Positions 29,929-40,069 of a DNA stretch of 64,000 nt are shown here, piece after piece. The stretch covers positions 1 through 64,000 of the forward strand of contig JASFQK010000007.1 of the NCBI GenBank assembly GCA_050115495.1, written 5' to 3'. The stretch is from Phycisphaerae bacterium (lineage in GTDB: Bacteria; Planctomycetota; Phycisphaerae; UBA1845; Fen-1342). Both the position numbers and the translations under genes were made by a program. Every line of letters begins with the position of its first letter. The stretch's first letter is position 1. The notes under the pieces are model-generated. The model was not told the origin of the DNA. It saw nothing but the letters and a program-made list of their open reading frames with translations, and ran no database searches.

Positions 29929-30620
29929 GGGCGATTCCGCGCCGCCGGTGGACGCTTGCGCGCCAGCACGAGCCCGTCGCCGATCGGAACCACGCTCGCC
30001 GTCACCCGTTCGTCGTGACAAATCTCCCCATTCAGTCGGCGATGCGGAACCGCTTCCGCCGGCACCGACTCATCGGCCACCCGCCCGCCGTGAAACGCGT
30101 TATCGATCGCCACTACGCCGCCGACACGCAGCAGCTTCAGCGCCCGCTCGTAGTACGCCGCCGTATTGACCTTGTCGGCGTCGATGAAGACGAAGTCGTA
30201 CGCCCCAGCCTCCGGTGCACCCGCCCCGCCGGCGAGAATGGCGTCCAACGTCGGTAGCGCCGGCCCGATCCGGAGATCGATCCGCTCGGCCAGCCCCGCC
30301 TCCCGCCAATACCGGCGAGCCACGGCCGTCCATTCCTCGCTGACGTCACAACAGATGAGCCGCCCGTCCGCCGGCAGCGCACTCGCGATACACAGCGCGC
30401 TGTACCCCGTGAACGTGCCGATCTCCAGCGCGTAGCGTGCCCCGATCAGCTCCACGAGCAGGCGCATGAACTGCCCCTGCTCCGGCGATATCTGCAACTC
30501 CGAGTCCGGCAGCTTCGCCGTCTCGTCCCGCAGCCGCCGAAACACCTCCGGCTCAACAACCGTCTGCTCAACGAGATAGGCATACAGCGCATCCGTCAGC
30601 GCAATCGTCCGCCGCGACAT
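29925..30620 (-). CDS. SAM-dependent O-methyltransferase (caffeoyl-CoA/MdmC type)
   Basis: ISPEQGQF, LEIGTFTGYS, FIDADK, IDN. Confidence 0.92.
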   Translation of the reverse strand: MSRRTIALTDALYAYLVEQTVVEPEVFRRLRDETAKLPDSELQISPEQGQFMRLLVELIGARYALEIGTFTGYSALCIASALPADGRLICCDVSEEWTAVARRYWREAGLAERIDLRIGPALPTLDAILAGGAGAPEAGAYDFVFIDADKVNTAAYYERALKLLRVGGVVAIDNAFHGGRVADESVPAEAVPHRRLNGEICHDERVTASVVPIGDGLVLARKRPPAARNRP

Positions 30621-30674
30621 GACTCAAACCACCTCTTCACTCGGAAGGACGAATCTGGGGCTGGCCGGGACAGT

Positions 30675-30730
30675 GTGGATCGGGCGTCCCGCCCGACATC
30701 TCCAGTTGGCGGGCGAGACGCCCGCCTCAC
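30675..30730. repeat. REP-like inverted palindrome pair
   Basis: GTGGATCGGGCGTCCCGCCCG ... CGGGCGAGACGCCCGCCTCAC in an intergenic region. Confidence 0.6.
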
Positions 30731-30778
30731 CCATACACCACCCCACTCAGTTGTCCCAGACAACCTCTCAAGCCGCCG

Positions 30779-31747
30779 CTAGAACCACCACGCCTGCCCG
30801 GCGCCTTGCGTGATCATCACGTTGCGCAGGTAGGCGACGGCCTTCTCGAAGCCTTCCTGCACGCTCATGTACGAATCCTCGTGCTCGATGCTGATCACGC
30901 CGTCGTAGCCCTTCATCCGCAGCATGCTCACGAACGGCTTCCAGAACTCGTCGCCGTGACCGTAGCCGCACGTGCGGAACACCCACGAGCGGTTGTGCAG
31001 GTCGCCGTAGTTCTTCGTGTCCAGACCGCCGTTGACCGCCATGTTCCGCGGGTCGATCCCGGTGTCCTTGCCGTGCACGTGGAAGATGCAGCCGGCGTCG
31101 CCCAACACGCGGGCCGCCTCGACCGGGTCGATCCCCTGCCAGAAGAAGTGCGACGGGTCGAGGTTCGCCCCGAGCGCCGCTCCGCACGCCTCGCGCAGCC
31201 GCAGCACCGTCTCCGGGTTGTAGACGCAGAAGCCGGGGTGCGCCTCGAAGGCGATCTTCACGCCCTCGGCCGCCGCCTCCTTCGCCTTCTTCGTCCAGAA
31301 CGGGATCAGCACCTCGTCCCACTGGTATTGCAGGATCTTCTCGTACTCCGGCGGCCAGGCGCAGGTGACCCAGTTCGGCATCTTGTCGTCCGGCGAGCCG
31401 CCCGGGCAGCCCGAGAACGTGATCACCACGTCCGTGCCGAGCTTCGGGGCGAGCTTCACCGCCGTGTTGTGGTCGTGCACGTGCTGCCGGCGGATCTTGG
31501 GAATCGGGCTGACCGGGTTGCCGTGCACCGCCAGGCCGATGATCTCCAGCCCGCGTTTCTTGCAGTCGTTCTTGATGCGCTGCTGGGCCTTGGGGTCCTT
31601 CAGCACGGCGTCCGGATCGAAGAACGGCTTACCCGGATACGCCCCGACCGGCAGCTCGATCGCGTCCAGCCCCACCTTCTTGCAGTAATCCAGCGCCTTC
31701 TCCCAACCCATGCCCCCCAGACCGGCTCCCATCACTCCGAGTTTCAT
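30779..31747 (-). CDS. Sugar phosphate isomerase/epimerase (xylose-isomerase-like TIM barrel)
   Basis: FEAHPG, NLDPSH, HVHGKD, SIEHED metal ligands. Confidence 0.9.
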   Translation of the reverse strand: MKLGVMGAGLGGMGWEKALDYCKKVGLDAIELPVGAYPGKPFFDPDAVLKDPKAQQRIKNDCKKRGLEIIGLAVHGNPVSPIPKIRRQHVHDHNTAVKLAPKLGTDVVITFSGCPGGSPDDKMPNWVTCAWPPEYEKILQYQWDEVLIPFWTKKAKEAAAEGVKIAFEAHPGFCVYNPETVLRLREACGAALGANLDPSHFFWQGIDPVEAARVLGDAGCIFHVHGKDTGIDPRNMAVNGGLDTKNYGDLHNRSWVFRTCGYGHGDEFWKPFVSMLRMKGYDGVISIEHEDSYMSVQEGFEKAVAYLRNVMITQGAGQAWWF

Positions 31748-31843
31748 CGCGCGTGCTCCTCGCTTTCGAGCCTGACATCTGCCGAAAGACCGCTGCCAGG
31801 AATCTATCGCCCGCATCGAGCCCCGACAAGATCCGCCGGCCGA

Positions 31844-32758
31844 TTACCGGCTTTGCGGCATCTGCCCGTGACGGTCCGCACTCTCGTCGCAGGCCCGAGC
31901 CACGGCTCGGTAGGTTCGCACGACCAGGACGAGCAAGGACACCGGCGCCACCGGGCCGCCCATCATCAACGAAACGACCCCGGCCATGACAAGCCCCTCG
32001 CTCCGCCCGGACACCCAGGGTAGATAGTCGCCCGCACACAAGCAAACGAACGCAAGGCCCACGACGAACAGGCCCGCGGTCGGCAGAAGGGCCGCATCTC
32101 TTCGACGCCTGCCGCCGCGGTCGAGGAGGTACTCCATGTACCAGCAGGCTGCCATGGCCATCGCCAGACAAGCGAGGACGGCCGCTACGAGCAGCCCCCC
32201 CGAAACCCCTTGATACGGAGGCACCCATACAGACCACCTCGTATCGTACAGCGCCGCCGCAACGCCCAGCGCCAGCGCTGCCCACATCAGCGAGCGGGCG
32301 ACCCGCCGCGTCCACCCCGGCCGGCGAATCGGCTCGACCGGTTCCCGCACCGTGAGCAGGAGCGTCCCGAAGCACGCACACACGGCACTACCCGCCCCGA
32401 TCGCCGGCGCGAGCCCGATGAGCAACTCAACGAACGACAGACTGGACGCAATACCCATTAGCGCGGCAAGCAGTAGGAGCACAACCAGGAACAGACCCGC
32501 GCAGGCCGCACCCGCGACGGCCGTCAGCAGCACCAACCCACCACGAACCATGCGAAGCCACCGCCGGTCAGCGCAGCGCAGATTCTCACAGAACAGCGAA
32601 TCGCCCACCGGTAGCGCGCACTCTGGGCAGTTCCCGGCCGGCTCCAACCCACGCAGGTTGTAGCCGCACCGGCTGCAGCGCCGATCCTCGGCCAAGCGCC
32701 CGTCCTGATCCAGCGCCGCCCCGCGAGCATCCAAACCACCATCAGCTTCCGACGCCAT
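31844..32758 (-). CDS. Zn-ribbon multi-TM membrane protein, array copy 1
   Basis: CSRCGYNLRGL...CPEC, LRCADRRWL, then about 6-7 hydrophobic segments. Confidence 0.8.
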   Translation of the reverse strand: MASEADGGLDARGAALDQDGRLAEDRRCSRCGYNLRGLEPAGNCPECALPVGDSLFCENLRCADRRWLRMVRGGLVLLTAVAGAACAGLFLVVLLLLAALMGIASSLSFVELLIGLAPAIGAGSAVCACFGTLLLTVREPVEPIRRPGWTRRVARSLMWAALALGVAAALYDTRWSVWVPPYQGVSGGLLVAAVLACLAMAMAACWYMEYLLDRGGRRRRDAALLPTAGLFVVGLAFVCLCAGDYLPWVSGRSEGLVMAGVVSLMMGGPVAPVSLLVLVVRTYRAVARACDESADRHGQMPQSR

Positions 32759-32875
32759 GTTCTCCACTCACTCCCCGACGGCCGAGCCTCGAACTTCCGC
32801 ACCACGACCGCTCACCGCAGGCCGCCGCCAGCAATCCTATGCCTCGTCCCGCCGTCCACAAGACCCAGCGGTCGA

Positions 32876-33790
32876 TTACGCGTCTGGCGGCGTCCGCCCG
32901 TGGCGCTCCACACCGTCGTCGCAGACCCTATCCACGACCCGGTAGGTTCGCACCGCGAGGACCAACACGGCGATGGGCGTCACCAGACCACCGATCATCA
33001 GCGATATGGCCCCGAGCACAGCAAAGCACGCCATTGGGCTGGATGCCAGCGGGTAGTGCGTGGCCGCACACCAGCAGACGACGGCGATGCCCACGAACAA
33101 CGCGCCCGCGAACGGCACAAGAGTCACGTTCTTCTTGCGCCAGCTGCTACGGTGGAGGAGGTGCCCCATGTAGTGACAGGCGACCACGACCATCGCGAGG
33201 CCGGCGAGTACAGCCACCGCGCATAGTCCCAGCAGAAGCCTGCCGTCGACAAACACGTCCACAGACCACGCCGCGCCGAGCAACGCCGCCGCGATCCACA
33301 GCGCCACCACCACCCACGTCAGCCGGCGGGCCACGAGCCGCGCCCGTACCGGCGGGCGCACTCGCTCGACCGGCTCAAGCGTGGTGAACAACAGAATCCC
33401 TATGGACGCACCCACGGCACTCCCCAGGGCAATCACCGGCGCGAGCGCGACGGTCGGCTCAATAAACGGGGATTCGTTCCTGGCATCCAGTAACGCACTG
33501 ATGAATGCAAGCATAACGAGGAACAGCCACGCGCAGATCGCGCCTGCCGCCATCGCCAACAGCACCAATCCGGTCCGAACCGTGCGGAGCCACGGCTGGT
33601 CCGCGTGGCGCAGATCATCGCCGACCAGCGAATCGCCCACCGGCGCCGCGCACTCCGGGCAGTTCCCCGTCGGCTCCAGCCCGCGCAGGTTGTACCCGCA
33701 CTGAACGCAACGATGATCGTCCGCCAAGCGCCCCTCCTGATCGAGCGGCGCTCCGCGAGCAATCCCACCATCATCCGGTCCCGACGCCAT
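32876..33790 (-). CDS. Zn-ribbon multi-TM membrane protein, array copy 2
   Basis: CVQCGYNLRGL...CPEC, LRHADQPWL, TM segments. Confidence 0.8.
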   Translation of the reverse strand: MASGPDDGGIARGAPLDQEGRLADDHRCVQCGYNLRGLEPTGNCPECAAPVGDSLVGDDLRHADQPWLRTVRTGLVLLAMAAGAICAWLFLVMLAFISALLDARNESPFIEPTVALAPVIALGSAVGASIGILLFTTLEPVERVRPPVRARLVARRLTWVVVALWIAAALLGAAWSVDVFVDGRLLLGLCAVAVLAGLAMVVVACHYMGHLLHRSSWRKKNVTLVPFAGALFVGIAVVCWCAATHYPLASSPMACFAVLGAISLMIGGLVTPIAVLVLAVRTYRVVDRVCDDGVERHGRTPPDA

Positions 33791-33843
33791 GCTCTTCACT
33801 CACTCCCCAACAGCCGAACCTCGACTCTCCCTACCGCTGCCGA

Positions 33844-34737
33844 CTACCCGGCCGGCGGCGTCCGCCCGTAGCGAACCGGATCGTCGCGCCAGGCCTGGTC
33901 CACAACACGATAGGCTTGCAGCATGACGAGGAACAGGACGCCCGCCGTCGGCGGCATCAGCCCCACCAGCAGCGCGAGGGCCAGGACGAACACCCAGTCG
34001 CTCGGGCCACGATCGGGACTGACCGCGAAACAGATGCCTAGCAGAACGCCCGCCGCGACCACCAGCGCGACCACTGAGCCGGCCAGGCTGTCCCCTTCAG
34101 CATCACCGCGCTTGATGAGGTACCCCATGTGCACGCTGGCCGCGCCGATCGTCGCCAGGCCGACGAGGAGGGCCGCCGCGTCAGCGACCAGCGTGCCCAG
34201 AGAACCCACCGGCCCCAACGCCCCGCGATCGAGCAGAATCACGACGACCCCGATCACCGCCAGGCCACACGTCAGGATGCGTGCCCAGCGCCGGGTCCGT
34301 GCCGGCTGGCCCTCCCGCTCGTTCGGCTCGCACGCTGTGAACAGCAGCATCCCACAGAACGCGAGCACGGCGCTGCCTACGCCGCACACGATCGCTACCC
34401 AGGCGACGAAGAGGTCGAGCGAGAGGCTCCGCGTTACCACCGCCATGAAAAGGGCCAACGCCATGGCCAGCACGCAGGCGAAGAAGCTTACCGCCGCGAC
34501 GAGCAGCAGCAGCAATCCCAGCCGGACCTTGCGCAGCCACCGCCGATCCGCGTAGCGCAGTTGGTTGCTGACGAGCGACTCGCGCACCGGCTGCGCGCAT
34601 TCCGGACAATCCCCCGCCGGCTCCAGCCCGCGCAGGTTATAGCCGCAGCGGCTACAGCGCCGATCCTCAGCCAAGCGCCCGTCCTGATCCAGCGGCGCTC
34701 CGCCGTCGCTCCCGCTGCCGTCGTCTTCCGATGCCAT
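33844..34737 (-). CDS. Zn-ribbon multi-TM membrane protein, array copy 3
   Basis: CSRCGYNLRGL...CPEC, LRYADRRWL, C-terminal WRDDPVRYG. Confidence 0.8.
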   Translation of the reverse strand: MASEDDGSGSDGGAPLDQDGRLAEDRRCSRCGYNLRGLEPAGDCPECAQPVRESLVSNQLRYADRRWLRKVRLGLLLLLVAAVSFFACVLAMALALFMAVVTRSLSLDLFVAWVAIVCGVGSAVLAFCGMLLFTACEPNEREGQPARTRRWARILTCGLAVIGVVVILLDRGALGPVGSLGTLVADAAALLVGLATIGAASVHMGYLIKRGDAEGDSLAGSVVALVVAAGVLLGICFAVSPDRGPSDWVFVLALALLVGLMPPTAGVLFLVMLQAYRVVDQAWRDDPVRYGRTPPAG

Positions 34738-34856
34738 GCTCCCCAAGCACTCCCCGACCGCCGGTCCGTCACCTTCCGGCGACGCATCTACTCACCGAAC
34801 CGCAGTCACAGGGATTTCAACGCCCCGCCTCGCCGTCGGCAAGCGCCGCCGGCCGA

Positions 34857-35759
34857 TTACCGCAATCCCAGCGCCTCCCTGTAGCGGTCCGGGTCGTCGC
34901 GCCAGGCACGATTCACAGCGCGGTAAGCTCGTGCCGCAAGAACCAACAGTGCCGCCAGCGTTGCCGGCGTGGCTCCCACGAGCACCATGGCCCCTGTAAC
35001 CCAGATGCCGTCGACCACGTCAGCCGCCGCCGAGACGGCGATAGCCACGCCCCAGCAGGCGAACCACCCACCAACGGCGAGCACTCCCGCCGCCGGAACA
35101 GCACCCAGGCCCCCTCGGGCCGAGCCACTGCGACCCGTGAGGTTCTCCAGGTGCCAGAGAACCGCGGCGGCCATGACGAGACCGACGACGATGGTCGCCA
35201 GAATGAACGTCACCTGAACGCCGCGGCCCACGGACGGCAACAGGGCGAGCAATGCGGTTGCGTCCGCCAACACCACCAGGACCCACAGCAGACGGCGCGC
35301 CGCGACCCGCACCGACGCCGGGCGGCCGGGACACTCGCCCGTTTCGCACGCCGTGCACAACAACACGCCGACGAACACGGATACGACAGCGCACGCGCCG
35401 ATCGCCAGTGCGGTCAGGGTGATCACTTCGCTCGCCAGGGCACGGCCCGTCCCTCCCAGAACCTTGAGGACGCGCCCAACGTGGAGCGAGAGCACACTCG
35501 CACTGATCCCCCCGGCCCCGACCAGTAGTAGCATGAGTCCTCGGCGAACCTGGCGAAGCCACCGCCGGTCCGCGTAACGCAACTGGTCACTGACGAGCGA
35601 TTCTCGCACCCGCTGTGCACATTCCGGGCACTTCCCGGTCGGCTTCAGTCCGCGCAGGTTGTAGCCGCAGTGGCTGCAGCGCCGGTCCTCCGCCAGACGA
35701 CCCGCCTGATCCAGCGGCGCCCCGCGCGTGCTCCACTTGCTGTCGCCTTCTGCCGACAT
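34857..35759 (-). CDS. Zn-ribbon multi-TM membrane protein, array copy 4
   Basis: CSHCGYNLRGL...CPEC, LRYADRRWL, WRDDPDRY. Confidence 0.8.
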   Translation of the reverse strand: MSAEGDSKWSTRGAPLDQAGRLAEDRRCSHCGYNLRGLKPTGKCPECAQRVRESLVSDQLRYADRRWLRQVRRGLMLLLVGAGGISASVLSLHVGRVLKVLGGTGRALASEVITLTALAIGACAVVSVFVGVLLCTACETGECPGRPASVRVAARRLLWVLVVLADATALLALLPSVGRGVQVTFILATIVVGLVMAAAVLWHLENLTGRSGSARGGLGAVPAAGVLAVGGWFACWGVAIAVSAAADVVDGIWVTGAMVLVGATPATLAALLVLAARAYRAVNRAWRDDPDRYREALGLR

Positions 35760-35862
35760 GTTCGCTGCTCACGCCCCAGCGGGAAAACCTGCACGCTCAG
35801 ACGTTGCACCTGTTCACCGGCTCTCCGCCACGAGGACTCCAACGCCTCGCGCCGCCGGCCGA

Positions 35863-36768
35863 TTACTCCGGCGGCGGCATGCGCGGGCAGTGGTCCGGAC
35901 CGTCCTCGCAGGCCTGGTCCACGACGCCATGCGTCCGCCACACGAGCAAAAGCAGAACCACCAGCGCCACCGGGGCGATCCCCACCACCGGTATGGCACT
36001 GTTGGTGAAGACACCCCCTCCTACAAGGGCCGAAGACGACAGGGAGTGGGTCACGAACCACCATAAGAGCAACGCCCCCAACGCAAGCACGTTCACGATC
36101 CCGAGCATGGCCAGGTCGCCCCCTCCGGCGAGGCTGCGCTCGTGAAGGCTCCCCATGTACAGGCTGCCGGCGAACGCCAGCGCCAGACCGACAACGACGT
36201 CCGCCACGACGAACACCGACGAGACCCCGGAGCGCCAGGGCGCCGGCATGAACGACGGAACGATGAACAGCACGGTCGCGCCCCCGAGCACCGCCAGGGC
36301 CCACATCAGGCCCCGCGCCCAGCGCCGCGCCAGCACCGGCCAGCCGGCCCACTCACCCGGTTCAGGCGTCGTGAACAGGAGCATCCCCACGAGCCCGACC
36401 GCGCTGCCGCCCAGGCAAACCAACAGGGCGAACACGTCACCGGCAAGTCCACCAAGTGTCATCACCGGTCGCCCGGCCAGAGACGCCGCCATGAGGCGGA
36501 AGGCACTCACGCCGACCAGGCCGACGGCGACAAACAGCAGCAGCAACCCGCCGCGCACCGTGCGCAGCCATCGCCGATCCGCATAGCGCAGGCTATCCAG
36601 CAGCAGCGAGCGCCAGACCGGCAGCGCGCATTCCGGGCATTCGTGCTCCGGCGCCAGGCCGTGCAGGTTGTAGCCGCAACGGCCACACCGGCGATCCTCG
36701 GCCAGGCGCCCCTCCGCATCTAGCGCCGTCCCGCAGATGCTATGGCCGCTATAGTCTTCCGCCGACAT
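35863..36768 (-). CDS. Zn-ribbon multi-TM membrane protein, array copy 5
   Basis: CGRCGYNLHGL...CPEC, LRYADRRWL. Confidence 0.8.
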   Translation of the reverse strand: MSAEDYSGHSICGTALDAEGRLAEDRRCGRCGYNLHGLAPEHECPECALPVWRSLLLDSLRYADRRWLRTVRGGLLLLFVAVGLVGVSAFRLMAASLAGRPVMTLGGLAGDVFALLVCLGGSAVGLVGMLLFTTPEPGEWAGWPVLARRWARGLMWALAVLGGATVLFIVPSFMPAPWRSGVSSVFVVADVVVGLALAFAGSLYMGSLHERSLAGGGDLAMLGIVNVLALGALLLWWFVTHSLSSSALVGGGVFTNSAIPVVGIAPVALVVLLLLVWRTHGVVDQACEDGPDHCPRMPPPE

Positions 36769-36887
36769 GCTCGCCGCTCACACCCCACCGGCCGAGCCTT
36801 CATGTCCCGGCGACGCGCCCGTTCACCGAATTGCCTACAGGATTATTGCAGCGCGCCACGCCGCCGTCGACAAGACCCGGCGGACGA

Positions 36888-37790
36888 TCACCGCGATCCC
36901 GGCGTCTGTCCGTAACGGTCCGGGTTGTCACTCCACGCCTGATTCACGACGCGATAGGTCCGCAGCACAAGCAGAAACGAGACCGCCAGCGTCGCCGGCC
37001 CGATCCCCAGATGTACTACAGCCCCGGTGACAAGAATGGCATCTGCCACACCGGGCGCTGCCAGAACGAAACTGGCGACGCACCAGCAAACGAGCGTCAC
37101 CCCCAGGCCAAGCAGTCCCGCCATCGCCAGCACCGCGATGTCCCCTCCCGCCGCGCCACCGCGGCCGATGAGACTCTGCATGTACCGGCAGGCCGCGATG
37201 GCCGTCGCCAGGCCGGCGACAACACCCGCCAGGATGAGCGCCACCAGGATTCCGACGCCCGCAAATGCCAGGAGGATGAGAAGGATCGTCGTGCCCCCCA
37301 ACACCGCCGCCGTCCAGAACAGGCAGCGCGCCGCGAGCCGCGCCCACACCGGCCGGCCCAACCGTTCGGCCGGCTCCTGCACGGTAAGCAGGAGCATGCC
37401 GAGAAACGCCGGTACAACGCTTACGATGCTGCAAGTCAGGGCAACGATCCACATTATGTCGCCGGCCGACCCGCCGCGCATCCGCGCCAGCGCACCGACG
37501 ATGGTCGCGGCCAGGAACAGCAGCACACTCGCACAGATACCCCCTACCGCCAACACCAGCAGCGCCAAACCGCTACGAACCTGGCTAAGCCACTGCCGGT
37601 TCGCGTAGCGCAGGTCATTCGCGACGAGCGAATCATGCACTGGCTGCGCACATTCCGGGCAGAGCTGTTCCGGCTCCAGTCCGCGCAGGTTGTACCCGCA
37701 CCGGCAGCAGCGCCGATCCTCGGCCAGCCGCCCAGCCGCATCCAGCGGCGCCCTGCCGTCGCGACCACCACTGTCAGCTTCCGCCACCAT
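36888..37790 (-). CDS. Zn-ribbon multi-TM membrane protein, array copy 6
   Basis: CCRCGYNLRGL...CPEC, LRYANRQWL, PDRYGQTPGSR. Confidence 0.8.
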   Translation of the reverse strand: MVAEADSGGRDGRAPLDAAGRLAEDRRCCRCGYNLRGLEPEQLCPECAQPVHDSLVANDLRYANRQWLSQVRSGLALLVLAVGGICASVLLFLAATIVGALARMRGGSAGDIMWIVALTCSIVSVVPAFLGMLLLTVQEPAERLGRPVWARLAARCLFWTAAVLGGTTILLILLAFAGVGILVALILAGVVAGLATAIAACRYMQSLIGRGGAAGGDIAVLAMAGLLGLGVTLVCWCVASFVLAAPGVADAILVTGAVVHLGIGPATLAVSFLLVLRTYRVVNQAWSDNPDRYGQTPGSR

Positions 37791-37817
37791 GCTTCCCACA
37801 CACTCCCCACCGGCTGA

Positions 37818-38717
37818 TCACCGCGATCCCGGCGTCTGTCCGTAACGATCCGGATCGTCGCGCCAAGCCTGATCTACAACACGGTACGCCCGCAGCACAA
37901 GCAGGAACAGGATGACCGCGGTCATCGGGATCATCGCCAGCAGCGGCAATGCGGAGACCAGGGCCAGGGCGCCTCCGCCGTACCCGGCCGCGTAGACGGA
38001 TACGCAGCAAACAAAGATCAACGTCCCCACGATAAGCGCCAACGCCGCCAGCGAGCCGGCCATCTCGCCCGCATCCGCCCCACCGCGCTCGATGAGGTGC
38101 CTCATGTACTGACTGGCCGTGACGAGCGTCGCCAGCCCGACGACCAGGCCCGTCGAAGTCACCGCCAGCGAAAACCACGTATCCACCAGCCCGTACGACA
38201 CACCGAGGGGCAGGATCAAGATACCCCCGAGCACCCCCAGGACGAGTGTCAGACCACGCGTCGCCCGGCGGCACGATGTCACCCGGCCGGTCTGCTCGGT
38301 GGGCTCACGCGCCGTGAACACGAGCAGACCGCCAAACATGAGCGCGGTGCCACCGAGGCCACCGAGCACCGTTACGCAAGCGACGAGACCGGCGATGGAC
38401 TCACCCGCCCGGCTCGTCGCGAGCGCGATGATCGTCGGCAACAGGGAGAGCAGACTCGCGCACAGGCTGCCCACGCCGACCAGCAGCATCAGCAGCCCGG
38501 CCCGAACCTTACCGAGCCACGATCGATCCGCGTAGCGCAGGCCGTTGGCGGCCAACGAGTGGCTGACCGGTGCCGCACACTCTGGGCAGTCCCCCGCCGG
38601 GTCGAGGCCGCGCAGGTTGTACCCACAGCGGCAGCAGCGCCGATCCTCGGCCAGCCGCCCGTGCTCATCGAGGGGCGCTTCGCCGACGTTCTCGACACTG
38701 TGACCTTCCGGCGGCAT
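37818..38717 (-). CDS. Zn-ribbon multi-TM membrane protein, array copy 7
   Basis: CCRCGYNLRGL...CPEC, LRYADRSWL, PDRYGQTPGSR. Confidence 0.8.
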   Translation of the reverse strand: MPPEGHSVENVGEAPLDEHGRLAEDRRCCRCGYNLRGLDPAGDCPECAAPVSHSLAANGLRYADRSWLGKVRAGLLMLLVGVGSLCASLLSLLPTIIALATSRAGESIAGLVACVTVLGGLGGTALMFGGLLVFTAREPTEQTGRVTSCRRATRGLTLVLGVLGGILILPLGVSYGLVDTWFSLAVTSTGLVVGLATLVTASQYMRHLIERGGADAGEMAGSLAALALIVGTLIFVCCVSVYAAGYGGGALALVSALPLLAMIPMTAVILFLLVLRAYRVVDQAWRDDPDRYGQTPGSR

Positions 38718-38744
38718 AGGCCCCATCCACTCCCCAACGTCCAC

Positions 38745-39659
38745 TCACCAGCTCCGTAGCATCCGCCCGTAACGATCCGGATCTTCGCGCCGGGCCCGAT
38801 TCACGGCGCGATGTGTCCGCCGCACCAGCATGAACAGCAGCACCAGCGTCGTCGGTCCGATCCCCAGCAGCAGCACCGCCCCCATGCGGAAAAGGTCCTG
38901 CAGGGGCTCAGGAACCGGCGGCGCAAAGAAAGCGATATACCAGCAGACGAACGACACCGCCGTGACGACCACCCCCGCCGCCGTCCAAAGGGCCAGGTCG
39001 GCGTCGGCCGCCCCGGCGCGGCCGACGAGGTGTCCCATGTACAGGCTGGCCGCAACGGCCAGCGGCAGGGCAACCACGATGTCCGCGATGATGAGCCACG
39101 GCGAGGCCCCATAGCGCAGGAACGCCGGCACAAACGACGGGCCGCTGAACAGCGCCGTGGTCCCGCCCAGCACCATCAGCGTCCACATCAGACCACGCGC
39201 CCAGCGCCGCGCCCGTGCCGGCCAGCCCGGCCGCTCCGCGGGCTCGCGCCACGTGAGCAGCAGTATCCCGAAGAACCCGGGCACGATGCTCGCCGTCACG
39301 ACCACAAGCGCAGAGATGGCGATCGCCTCACTGGCCGATCCGCTGTCCAACCCCGTGAAACCCCCAATGACGATCGCGGCGGCGAAGAGAAGCACACTCG
39401 CGCAGACGCCCCCGACCGCAATCAGCAGCAACAGCAGCCCGAGCCGAACCTTGCCGAGCCACCGCCAATCCGCGTAGCGCAGGTTGCCGCCGACGAGCGA
39501 ATCGCGCACCAGCAACGCACATTCCGGGCAGTGCTCCGCCGGCGCCAGCCCGCGCAGGTTATAGCCGCAACGGCAGCAACGTCGATCATCGGCCAACCGC
39601 CCCTCCTTATCGAGGGGCGTTCCGCAGATGCTCCGTCCACCGTGCCCGTTCGGCGGCAT
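38745..39659 (-). CDS. Zn-ribbon multi-TM membrane protein, array copy 8 (first transcribed)
   Basis: CCRCGYNLRGL...CPEC, LRYADWRWL, EDPDRYG. Confidence 0.8.
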   Translation of the reverse strand: MPPNGHGGRSICGTPLDKEGRLADDRRCCRCGYNLRGLAPAEHCPECALLVRDSLVGGNLRYADWRWLGKVRLGLLLLLIAVGGVCASVLLFAAAIVIGGFTGLDSGSASEAIAISALVVVTASIVPGFFGILLLTWREPAERPGWPARARRWARGLMWTLMVLGGTTALFSGPSFVPAFLRYGASPWLIIADIVVALPLAVAASLYMGHLVGRAGAADADLALWTAAGVVVTAVSFVCWYIAFFAPPVPEPLQDLFRMGAVLLLGIGPTTLVLLFMLVRRTHRAVNRARREDPDRYGRMLRSW

Positions 39660-40069
39660 GATCGCTGCTCACTCCCCAACGGTCGGACCGCGACGCTCCC
39701 ACACTACGTGTGCTCGTCGCGCTTCCGCGGCACTACTCCGAATTCCACGAATCGCTCACCCCGACACGCCCCGGCCCGTTATCGGTTCCGGCCATGCCGC
39801 CCCGCTCCATCACGAGTTTCATTTCACTCACCCGTCGTCACGCCGGCCGTGTCGCCGTGTTGAACACAGAATCTAACGCCGCGACCGTAAGGCGACAAGA
39901 TTCCCCCCGGGGCCGCAGGGAGCAATCCGGCAGCGTCATCGGAGCCGTCGGCGAGCGCGCAGACCCCGGCCGCCCCTCAGGCGCCAGTGGCGCCGGATCC
40001 GTGAGCCCGGCGCCACCGGATGGCCTGATGTTCCACGAACGCACTGCCCGCCGCAGCACGCGAACGCTG

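Noticed and set aside
31800..39690. Integron cassette array or diversity-generating retroelement as explanation for the paralog array
   Set aside because: No GTTRRRY/RYYYAAC attC boxes, integrase, reverse transcriptase or adenine-specific TR/VR pair was seen, and all the genes are homologous to each other
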